Source: Microcoleus sp. (lineage in GTDB: Bacteria; Cyanobacteriota; Cyanobacteriia; Cyanobacteriales; Microcoleaceae). Taken from it: DNA of 64,000 nucleotides. Position 1 is the first letter of the stretch. The number at the start of each line of letters is the position of its first letter. The position numbers and the translations under genes are program-made. The stretch spans positions 160,001 to 224,000 of the forward strand of contig JAYFMW010000006.1 in NCBI GenBank assembly GCA_042408215.1, written 5' to 3'. Below the pieces are notes generated by a model. The model worked only from the letters and a program-made list of their open reading frames with translations. It was not told where the DNA came from and did no database searches. Positions 56,265 to 64,000 of the stretch are shown one piece after another.

Positions 56265-56924
56265 ATGGCGGACATATCTGCAAAACTTGTTAAAGAACTG
56301 CGCGACAAAACTGGCGCCGGCATGATGGATTGCAAAAAAGCCCTCATTGAAAATGAAGGCAATATGGAAATATCCATTGAGTGGCTGCGGAAAAAAGGCC
56401 TGGCCTCCGCAGGCAAAAAAGCGGGACGTGTTGCTTCTGAAGGACTCGTAGGTAGCTACATTCATACCGGCGGCCGCGTTGGGGTGTTGGTGGAAGTTAA
56501 CTGCGAAACCGATTTTGTCGCCCGCCGCGAGGAGTTCCAAAGTCTGGTGCGGAATATTGCGATGCAAATTGCAGCTTGTCCGAATGTGGAATACGTGAAA
56601 GTTGAGGATATCCCAGCGGAAGTTGTCGCAAGAGAAAAGGCAATTGAAATGGGTAAGGATGACTTGGGCAACAAGCCGGAAAATATCAAAGAAAAGATTG
56701 TTCAAGGGCGGATTGATAAGCGTTTGAAAGAGTTGTCTTTGATGGATCAGCCTTTTATTCGAGATCAAAATATCTCGGTGGAAGAGTTGGTAAAACAAAC
56801 CATTGCTCAAATTGGCGAAAATGTCCAAGTGCGCCGCTTCGTGCGTTTTGTGTTGGGCGAAGGTATTGAGAAGGTAGAAGCTAACTTTGCCGATGAAGTG
56901 GCGGCCCAAATGGGTGCTCAATAA
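56265..56924 (+). CDS. tsf: Elongation factor Ts
   Basis: [28 protein letters not shown]. Confidence 0.98.
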   Translation: MADISAKLVKELRDKTGAGMMDCKKALIENEGNMEISIEWLRKKGLASAGKKAGRVASEGLVGSYIHTGGRVGVLVEVNCETDFVARREEFQSLVRNIAMQIAACPNVEYVKVEDIPAEVVAREKAIEMGKDDLGNKPENIKEKIVQGRIDKRLKELSLMDQPFIRDQNISVEELVKQTIAQIGENVQVRRFVRFVLGEGIEKVEANFADEVAAQMGAQ

Positions 56925-57124
56925 TCAAAGATTGAGATTGAGAATTAAGAATTAAAAATGTCAGAATAGTTTTTGGCATTTTTAATTTTTAATTTTTACA
57001 GGACTTATGCACTGTAGCAAAAACCCGGTTTCTCACCAGTATTTAACCGAGAGTCAGACAATTTGTGGCAGAAACCGGGTTTTTTTGCCCGCAGGTTCTA
57101 TTCTAATTTTACACGGGAGATAGG

Positions 57125-57979
57125 GTGGGAGCAAGAGAGCGCATAGAACAGGATTTGACAGAACTATCCGAGGCGATGGCAGCCTTGAATTTGGAGTTTC
57201 GCAGCACCTACAAGGCTTATTTAACTGCTTTGGGACAAGCGGTGCGGCAGCAGTTAATTTTGGCTTGCTATCACCTTTGCACTCAAGCGGCGCCGGAGTC
57301 GTTTCTCAAGTTGTCTTTTGATGGGCGACAAAAAATGCAGCATTCGGTACGCAGTTTGGCAATGGCATCTCAAGAAAAATTGCGATCGCTGGTGACACAA
57401 TCAGAGTCAGAGTCAGAAATCGAGTCAGAGTCAGAGTCGGAAATCGAGTCAGAGTCAGACTTTTTCGCCATTAATTTTCAATTTCCAGCGAGAAATAACC
57501 AGTTGTCTATGGCGAATTCCCCCGAAAGTTGGGCGCGCTGGCAAGAGAGTATTGAAAAGTCGATCGCTAATATTATCAAGCTGCTTTCTCGTGACACAAA
57601 CCGCTTGTTGAAACAGGTGGGAATCTTGCCGCATCAATTGCCGGAACCTGTTTTATTAGCAGCTTCTCAAGCTGATTCATCCGGCGACAGTGTTGCAGGG
57701 CCTCCTAATTTATTAAACTTAATTATTGAAACCAATGACTCCTCAGAATCGGAAAGCTTGGGAGAAACCAGAGGTACTACTGCCATCCAGATTACAGCGA
57801 TTAAGCTCCGGTTGTCGGAAATAGAGTTTGCTGATGCGGACACCTCGGCTTGGCGTCAGCAAATTCGCAACCTCTCTGTGCGGTTAAATGCGATCGGGCG
57901 CGATTACCAGAAAAAGCAGCGGGAATTAGCTGTAGTGGAGGCTGAGTCGGCTTGGCGAGCGAGTTGGTTTGAAGATTAA
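57125..57979 (+). CDS. Cyanobacterial hypothetical protein between tsf and recG
   Basis: QLILACYHLCTQ, LRLSEIEFAD, AESAWRASWFED; coiled-coil character. Confidence 0.75.
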   Translation: MGARERIEQDLTELSEAMAALNLEFRSTYKAYLTALGQAVRQQLILACYHLCTQAAPESFLKLSFDGRQKMQHSVRSLAMASQEKLRSLVTQSESESEIESESESEIESESDFFAINFQFPARNNQLSMANSPESWARWQESIEKSIANIIKLLSRDTNRLLKQVGILPHQLPEPVLLAASQADSSGDSVAGPPNLLNLIIETNDSSESESLGETRGTTAIQITAIKLRLSEIEFADADTSAWRQQIRNLSVRLNAIGRDYQKKQRELAVVEAESAWRASWFED

Positions 57980-58119
57980 TTAGTCATTAGTCATTAGTCA
58001 TTAGTCATTAGTTGTTATTTTTTTTGGTTATTTTTGGGTTAGAATAGGCAATTATCAATCACCGATCACCCATAACCAATAACTCATTTAAAATCTCAAA
58101 TCTCAAATCTCAAATCGAT

Positions 58120-60615
58120 ATGACTAATAACCAACCAGAATGGCGGCGATGGCAGAAAGCTCTCTCAGTAGAAGCCGATCGCGGATTTAATGACTTACAA
58201 GGCAGTCAATACCGCTTTAGCGAGTTTCTCAGTGTCAGCTTGAGGCAACTCGCAGGTGTGTTGCCGGCTCATTTGCGCGATCGCTCGCGACAACTAGCTG
58301 CCGAATTTGACATCTACCCAGAGAAGGATATCGAAGAACGTCAGCATTTGCTCGCCATCACGGGTAGTTTTTTGAGCCAAATGCAGCGAGTTTGGGAAGC
58401 AGAAAGCAGCCAACAGGGGGAACCAGAAAGACCAGAAAGACCAGAAAGACAAGATCCGCCAATTTCCACTCCCCGAACAGCACCTCTGAGTTCAGCATCT
58501 GTACCGCTGAGTCTGACTCTTCAGCAAGAGTTGACTCGCGTCACGGGAATCGGCCCTGGGAACGGTAGCCGCTTGGCAAAATTGGGTTTATACACTGTAT
58601 ACGACTTGCTTTACTACTATCCCCGCAACCATATTGACTATGCCAAGAAAGTGCAAATTCGGGACTTAGTAGCTGGGGAAACTGTCACTTTGATAGCAGA
58701 AGTAAAGCGCTGCAATTGCTTTTCTAGTCCGAAAAATAAGAAGTTAACGATATTAGAATTAATTTTAAAAGACCGCACCGGCGAAATTAAAATCAGTCGC
58801 TTTTTTGCGGGGCCACGCTACAGCAATCGCGGCTGGCAAGAATACAAAAAACGCGAGTATTGTACGGGTGCGGTGCTGGCTGCTTCGGGGTTGGTGAAGC
58901 AGGGGAAATATGGCATTACTTTAGAAAATCCTGAATTAGAAGTATTGGATGACTCAGGAAGTGCGATCGAATCTATGAAAGTGGGCCGCCTGATCCCTGT
59001 TTATCCGCTGACGGATGGGGTGGATGCGGGTGTTGTGAGGCGGGGGATTTTGACTGTGATGCCTGCGGCTACGATGTTGTCGGAATCGCTGCCGGCCGAT
59101 TTGCGAGATCGCTACGGTTTAATGGGTATAGCCGATTCTGTGACTAACATTCACTTTCCAGTCGATCGAGATTGTTTAGCCGCCGCCCGCCGCCGCTTAG
59201 TTTTTGACGAGTTTTTCTATCTGCAATTAGGACTTTTGAAGCGCCGTCAAACGCAGCGAAAAGCTCAAGCTAGCGCCATTATTCTGCCTAGTGGCAAGTT
59301 AATCGAACATTTTTATGAAATATTACCTTTTGCTTTAACTAATGCTCAGCAAAGAGTAATTAACGACATTCTCAATGATTTAGCATCGGCGGAACCGATG
59401 AACAGATTGGTGCAAGGAGATGTCGGTGCTGGTAAAACAGTGGTAGCCGTGGTGGCAATGTTAGCAGCGATTCAATCTGGTTATCAAGCAGCTTTAATGG
59501 CACCGACGGAAGTGTTAGCAGAACAGCATTACCGCAAATTGGTAGGTTGGTTTAATTTGATGCACTTGTCAGTTGAATTGTTAACTGGTTCGACGAAAGT
59601 AGCCAAACGCCGCGAAATTCACAGCCAGTTAGAAACCGGAGAATTGCCTGTTTTAGTGGGAACCCACGCGCTAATTCAAGATACGGTAAATTTTCATAAA
59701 TTGGGTTTGGCAGTAATTGATGAACAGCACCGATTTGGGGTGCAACAGCGCGCTAAATTGCAGCAAAAAGGCGAATCTCCTCACGTTTTGACGATGACTG
59801 CTACTCCCATTCCTCGGACGTTGGCGCTGACTTTGCACGGCGATTTAGATGTGAGTCAAATTGATGAGTTGCCACCGGGAAGGCAGGCGATTCAAACGAC
59901 TGTTTTGTCTTCAAAGGAACGTAGTCAAGCTTACGATCTGATTCGGCGGGAAGTGGCAAGCGGGCATCAAGTTTATGTGGTTTTGCCGCTGGTGGAGGAG
60001 TCGGAAAAGCTGGATGTGCGATCGGCAATTGAGGAACAGGAAAAACTGCAAAAAAGTATATTTCCTGAGTTTAGGGTTGGTTTGCTGCACGGCAGAATGA
60101 GCAGTGCCGATAAGGATGAGGCAATTACTAAGTTTCGGGACAAAGAAACTGATATTTTGGTATCTACTACTGTTGTGGAAGTTGGAGTAGATGTGCCGAA
60201 TGCAACGGTGATGTTTATCGAGAATTCTGAGCGTTTTGGATTGTCACAGTTGCACCAGTTGCGGGGTCGAGTTGGTCGGGGAACCAGCCGTTCTTATTGT
60301 TTGTTAATGCCCGGTTCTAAGGCTACGGAGGCGATGCAAAGAATGAAGGTTTTAGAGCAATCTCAAGATGGCTTTTTTATTGCGGAAATGGACATGAGAT
60401 TGCGCGGGCCTGGTCAGGTTTTGGGAACTCGTCAATCGGGTTTGCCGGATTTTGCTTTGGCGAGTTTGGTGGAGGATCAGGAGGTTTTGGAGTTGGCGAG
60501 GGAGGCGGCTCAAATGGTGATTGATAGTGATGAAAGTTTGAATCAATGGCCGGTGGTGCGGGATGAGTTGGAACGGAGATATCAGCGGATGATGAGTGGG
60601 TCGATTTTGACTTAG
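58120..60615 (+). CDS. recG: ATP-dependent DNA helicase RecG
   Basis: QGDVGAGKT, DEQHRFG, MTATPIPRT, QLRGRVGRG. Confidence 0.97.
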   Translation: MTNNQPEWRRWQKALSVEADRGFNDLQGSQYRFSEFLSVSLRQLAGVLPAHLRDRSRQLAAEFDIYPEKDIEERQHLLAITGSFLSQMQRVWEAESSQQGEPERPERPERQDPPISTPRTAPLSSASVPLSLTLQQELTRVTGIGPGNGSRLAKLGLYTVYDLLYYYPRNHIDYAKKVQIRDLVAGETVTLIAEVKRCNCFSSPKNKKLTILELILKDRTGEIKISRFFAGPRYSNRGWQEYKKREYCTGAVLAASGLVKQGKYGITLENPELEVLDDSGSAIESMKVGRLIPVYPLTDGVDAGVVRRGILTVMPAATMLSESLPADLRDRYGLMGIADSVTNIHFPVDRDCLAAARRRLVFDEFFYLQLGLLKRRQTQRKAQASAIILPSGKLIEHFYEILPFALTNAQQRVINDILNDLASAEPMNRLVQGDVGAGKTVVAVVAMLAAIQSGYQAALMAPTEVLAEQHYRKLVGWFNLMHLSVELLTGSTKVAKRREIHSQLETGELPVLVGTHALIQDTVNFHKLGLAVIDEQHRFGVQQRAKLQQKGESPHVLTMTATPIPRTLALTLHGDLDVSQIDELPPGRQAIQTTVLSSKERSQAYDLIRREVASGHQVYVVLPLVEESEKLDVRSAIEEQEKLQKSIFPEFRVGLLHGRMSSADKDEAITKFRDKETDILVSTTVVEVGVDVPNATVMFIENSERFGLSQLHQLRGRVGRGTSRSYCLLMPGSKATEAMQRMKVLEQSQDGFFIAEMDMRLRGPGQVLGTRQSGLPDFALASLVEDQEVLELAREAAQMVIDSDESLNQWPVVRDELERRYQRMMSGSILT

Positions 60616-60807
60616 AAATTATGATGATTTGTTGAGCATGAAAATTTAAGTTTTCGGGCGGGAAGGATGCCAACCCCTACTCCTCACAAGAGATAGATTA
60701 ATAGTTAGCTTTTAAACCCATCGCACAGGCGGGACGCCCGTGCCACGATGGATGGGGAGGGATTAAGGGCGATCGCACTATAGAAAAGTTAAAAAGTTAT
60801 TTTTTAG

Positions 60808-61155
60808 CTATAAATTCAAAAGAATGCGTAGTCTTTCTTCTACCATCATCAATGTTGTTGAAGAAACAGTACCCCACAGTTCAAAAAATCTGTCTATACT
60901 GATCGATCGCACATCTTCACATTTAATGAAACTTCGCTGTCTAAGTCCTCCTTCTGGGGGGTTAACTTCAACGTGCCAGGGAATTCCTTTATCTTTGGAT
61001 GTGACTGGCACCACAACGACTAATCCTGACGCACCCTGATTGAATAAATCTACAGATATCACCAGACAGGGACGCTTTCCAGCCTGTTCTCGCCCTCGTA
61101 TTGGGTTCAAGTCAATCAGCCATATATCACCCCGTGATGGTTTTGCTGAGGTCAT
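60808..61155 (-). CDS. mazF: MazF/PemK family toxin
   Basis: RGDIWLIDLNP..GREQAGKRPCLVIS, VVPVTS; ATGA overlap with the antitoxin stop. Confidence 0.9.
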   Translation of the reverse strand: MTSAKPSRGDIWLIDLNPIRGREQAGKRPCLVISVDLFNQGASGLVVVVPVTSKDKGIPWHVEVNPPEGGLRQRSFIKCEDVRSISIDRFFELWGTVSSTTLMMVEERLRILLNL

Positions 61156-61397
61156 TCTAAACCATCCTCTAAAGTGATATCCCAAGCTTCGCGTTCTTCA
61201 AGTTCTTCTTGCCAAGCTTCTGGGCGATCGCGTAAGGTCAAATAAGCCTGGTTGGCTGCTTCTAAAAACTGTTGTCTTCGGTATTGTTCGATTGCTTGTT
61301 CGAGGACTGTTTGGATTGGTTTTCCTGAGCTTGCAGAGAGTTCTGCGAGGGTTTGATAAGATGTATTGCTGATTGTAACTGTAGAAGTTTGATTCAT
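61152..61397 (-). CDS. Ribbon-helix-helix antitoxin paired with the MazF toxin
   Basis: 81 aa, STVTIS...LAEL...VLEQAIE, acidic C-terminus EAWDITLEDGLE. Confidence 0.8.
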   Translation of the reverse strand: MNQTSTVTISNTSYQTLAELSASSGKPIQTVLEQAIEQYRRQQFLEAANQAYLTLRDRPEAWQEELEEREAWDITLEDGLE

Positions 61398-61645
61398 GTT
61401 AGTTTTTTACCTACCACAATGTTACCCAACTATTATACCTTACAAGCTTGATGTTCGTACTTTTTTCGTTCGCAGGTACACGCTGATGGATGTAGTGGGG
61501 ATTAAGGGCGATCGCTCTTTTTGTCGTAAGGGCGATCGCCGCAGCTCGTCGCGGACTTGTATCCCTGTAGGATGAGCCATAATAGACAAAGCTGCAACCC
61601 TTGTAGCCCGATCGATTAACCAGCAACTATTGGAGTGTTTGATTT

Positions 61646-61846
61646 ATGCTAATTGAGAAGATCGTTCAAGAACTACAAGACATTCCCGAAGACAAACTCG
61701 CAGAAATCTATGACTTGATTCACTATTTTCGCCTCGGATTAGGACGAGAACAGCCACAGCCTCGCACCCCTGGTTTACTGACGGGAAAACTCGGTGATGC
61801 TTTTTTTGAACCCCTACCATTCGAGGAACTGGAAAAATGGGAATAA
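61646..61846 (+). CDS. Putative antitoxin (DUF2281-like)
   Basis: 66 aa; IPEDKLAEIYDLI...RTPGLLTG...FFEPLP; overlaps a PIN gene. Confidence 0.75.
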   Translation: MLIEKIVQELQDIPEDKLAEIYDLIHYFRLGLGREQPQPRTPGLLTGKLGDAFFEPLPFEELEKWE

Positions 61847-62235
61847 GCTACCTCATTGACACCCATATCCTGTTGTGGTGGCTCTTTGACGACCCCAAAC
61901 TCAATGCCCAATGCCGCGACATCATTCGCAACCCCGATTTTAATATCATTGTCAGCACTGTTTCAGCCTGGGAAATAGCCACCAAATATCGCATCGGTAA
62001 ACTTCCTGAAGCCAAACAGATTGTGGAGGAATATTCGCAAATTCTCCACCGAGCCAAATTTATTGAACTAGCTATAACTTCAGCCCATGCCCTCCGCGCT
62101 GGCAGCCTGCCGATTGCCCACCGTGACCCGTTTGACCGGATGATTATGGCACAAGCTGAACTCGAAAATTTGCCAGTTATTACCTACGATACAGCTTTTC
62201 ACACGGGGCTAATTCAAGTTATCCCCACCGCCTAA
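61837..62235 (+). CDS. vapC: PIN-domain VapC toxin
   Basis: YLIDTHILLWW, SAWEIATK, HRDPFDRMIMAQA, ITYD. Confidence 0.9.
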   Translation: MGISYLIDTHILLWWLFDDPKLNAQCRDIIRNPDFNIIVSTVSAWEIATKYRIGKLPEAKQIVEEYSQILHRAKFIELAITSAHALRAGSLPIAHRDPFDRMIMAQAELENLPVITYDTAFHTGLIQVIPTA

Positions 62236-62357
62236 TCAAGAGCATGAGCATCGGAAGGGCGATCGCACTTTTTGTCGTAAAGGGCGATCGCCTGTGGAAC
62301 TAAACCGATTATAATTGCTAAAATAAAACTGAACTGCTCTTTATCTATAATCAGATT

Positions 62358-62609
62358 ATGACTGTTATTGAACAGATTTATGCGATCGTCAAAACTCTTC
62401 CCCAAAATCAAGCTAGCGAAATTCTCACTTTCGCACAGTTTATTCGTGCCAAGTACCTGAATGGGAATCAATCCACCGATACAGTAGATGCTTTAATTCC
62501 TTGGACGGAACTGGTTTATTCCCTAGCTGGAACTTGGGCAGAAGACTTTCCTACTCTGGAAGAGATTCGTGCTGAGTCGGGGGAAGACATTTTGCGGGAG
62601 AGCTTTTAG
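62358..62609 (+). CDS. Putative antitoxin (DUF2281-like)
   Basis: 83 aa; LPQNQASEILTFAQFI...LAGTW.EDFPTLEEIR; stop abuts the next ATG. Confidence 0.75.
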   Translation: MTVIEQIYAIVKTLPQNQASEILTFAQFIRAKYLNGNQSTDTVDALIPWTELVYSLAGTWAEDFPTLEEIRAESGEDILRESF

Positions 62610-63002
62610 ATGTATATTTTGGATACAAACACATTAATTTACTACTTCAAAGGACAAGGACAAGTTGCCCAAAATTTTGCCAATGTATCTCCTGAAGAAA
62701 TTGGAATTTCCACGATCGTCCTATTTGAATTGCAAGTGGGTATTGCTAAATCTACTTCGCCTGCAAAGCGTACCCAACAACTTCATCAACTTTTGAGCCG
62801 AGTTAATCTTATTCCTTTCGATCGCGATTCTGCTGTTGCTGCTGCCACAATCCGCGCCCAATTGGAGCAACAAGGTACTCCGATCGGTCCGATGGATGTT
62901 TTGATTGCAGGGACAGCCTTAGCTTTGCAGGCAACTCTTGTTACTCACAATGTCAAGGAGTTTGCGAGAGTTTTTGGACTTGCGATCGCCGATTGGTATT
63001 GA
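62610..63002 (+). CDS. vapC: PIN-domain VapC toxin
   Basis: MYILDTN, VLFEL, GTPIGPMDVLIAG, LVTHNVKEF. Confidence 0.92.
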   Translation: MYILDTNTLIYYFKGQGQVAQNFANVSPEEIGISTIVLFELQVGIAKSTSPAKRTQQLHQLLSRVNLIPFDRDSAVAAATIRAQLEQQGTPIGPMDVLIAGTALALQATLVTHNVKEFARVFGLAIADWY

Positions 63003-63118
63003 ATGTCTGGCATTAAGTGTGACTTGTCTTTGGTCAATGGTTTGAGACAGTAAATTTAGCATAACAGAAGGGCGATCGCACTTTGTGTGTTAAGGGCGAT
63101 CGCACTAATCCGATTATC

Positions 63119-64000
63119 CTAAATCAGTGGCAGATTGATGGGGACAAAACTACCGCTTAACTGACTCGGTGATACACCGACAACAAGACCTAAGATTTGA
63201 TTCGATCCGGCAATCTTGATGACAGTATTTCCCTGATCGAAGTTCAGCAGTAAGTTCGATTCTGTTAATCCTTCTGTCAGTCCAATTTTATCTGCACCTA
63301 ATTGGAAGTCTAAGATAGCATCTGGCAGAAAATCACCAGTTACGGCCGCATTTTTTGGTAGGACAAAGGTATCACTGCCGGGGCCGCCAAATAAGATATC
63401 TCGACCTAAATCGCCGCTGAGGGTGTCATCGCCTTCGTTCCCTTTGAGGCGATCGTTGTCAGTACCTCCTAGGATTAAATCATTGCCTCGGCCGCCAAAA
63501 ATATTGTCATTTCCGCTGTTGCCGGTGAGGATATCATTGCCTTTATTGCCGTAGATGATGTCATCTCCGCCAACTCCGGCAAGGGTGTCATCACCAGCGA
63601 AACCAGCAATGCTATCTGCTGCGTCTATGCCAACTAAATTGTCGTTTTCAGGAGTTCCTAAAACTTGACGCAGTGGAGGACGAGGTGGTGTGGGTGTGGG
63701 TGTTGGTACAACATTATTTGTTGTCGATTCAGTACCGTCATTTGTGACTGTAGTGCTGGCGAAATCGACATCATTTGAGATATCGGGGTCGTATGTTTTA
63801 CTCGTTATGCTAGAGGTACCGGTGATGTTTCCAGTTGTCGGCGCGGTAACGGTAATGCTAACAGTTGAAATTTGACCTTTGGCTACATCGCCGAGGTCAA
63901 AAGTTAGTTCATTTCCTGACTGTTTGGTGGGGGCGATATTAGCCGAAACAAATTTAGCACCCTCTGGCAAGGTTTCGGTGAGGATTGCACCTTTAGCGTT
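63119..64000 (-). CDS. C-terminal part of a secreted protein with a DUF11-like domain and RTX Ca-binding repeats (5' end outside the window)
   Basis: LPEGAKFVSA...FDLGDV...DPDISND; GGDDIIYG, GNDILTG, GNDLILGG nonapeptides. Confidence 0.85.
   Translation of the reverse strand, partial: NAKGAILTETLPEGAKFVSANIAPTKQSGNELTFDLGDVAKGQISTVSITVTAPTTGNITGTSSITSKTYDPDISNDVDFASTTVTNDGTESTTNNVVPTPTPTPPRPPLRQVLGTPENDNLVGIDAADSIAGFAGDDTLAGVGGDDIIYGNKGNDILTGNSGNDNIFGGRGNDLILGGTDNDRLKGNEGDDTLSGDLGRDILFGGPGSDTFVLPKNAAVTGDFLPDAILDFQLGADKIGLTEGLTESNLLLNFDQGNTVIKIAGSNQILGLVVGVSPSQLSGSFVPINLPLI

Larger units (their letters stand above)
60765..63103 (+). repeat. AAGGGCGATCGC repeats at TA-module boundaries: one single (60765) and three doublets (61504/61528, 62255/62280, 63068/63092)
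   Basis: Seven exact 12-mers in this interval, all intergenic and co-oriented; doublet period 24-25 bp. Confidence 0.85.

Noticed and set aside
54022..56921. Long antisense ORFs over the antiporter, rpsB and tsf
   Set aside because: Shadow ORFs opposite well-supported genes

Overview
A 64-kb chromosomal window from a filamentous cyanobacterium. The very dense HIP1 octamer GCGATCGC, STRR heptamer arrays and gene content suggest Oscillatoriales, Microcoleus-like (inference). Housekeeping genes (homogentisate phytyltransferase, cobA/hemD, coaE, tldD, murE, sbcD, fmt, rpsB-tsf, recG) alternate with accessory blocks: a giant TPR/glycosyltransferase protein, a CHAT protease, an atypical ATP-dependent DNA ligase, a PEP-CTERM/O-antigen-ligase cluster and three toxin-antitoxin pairs. 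Main highlights: (1) two ORF-less HEARO/omegaRNA-type (IscB, IS200/IS605) elements flanking a DUF3038 gene, each ending at ATGA, one sitting exactly between a TAA stop and the next ATG; (2) three TA modules separated by conserved HIP1-containing repeats, like a cassette array; (3) a PatX-like small protein ending in ERGSGR with a HetR-box-like palindrome upstream; (4) a GTAG-type REP hairpin inserted in frame in two proteins and tandemly amplified in one. Several genes are broken by +1 insertions, mostly in homopolymers, which may be sequencing errors. No tRNA, rRNA or CRISPR array was seen. All family calls come from motif recognition, not database searches.
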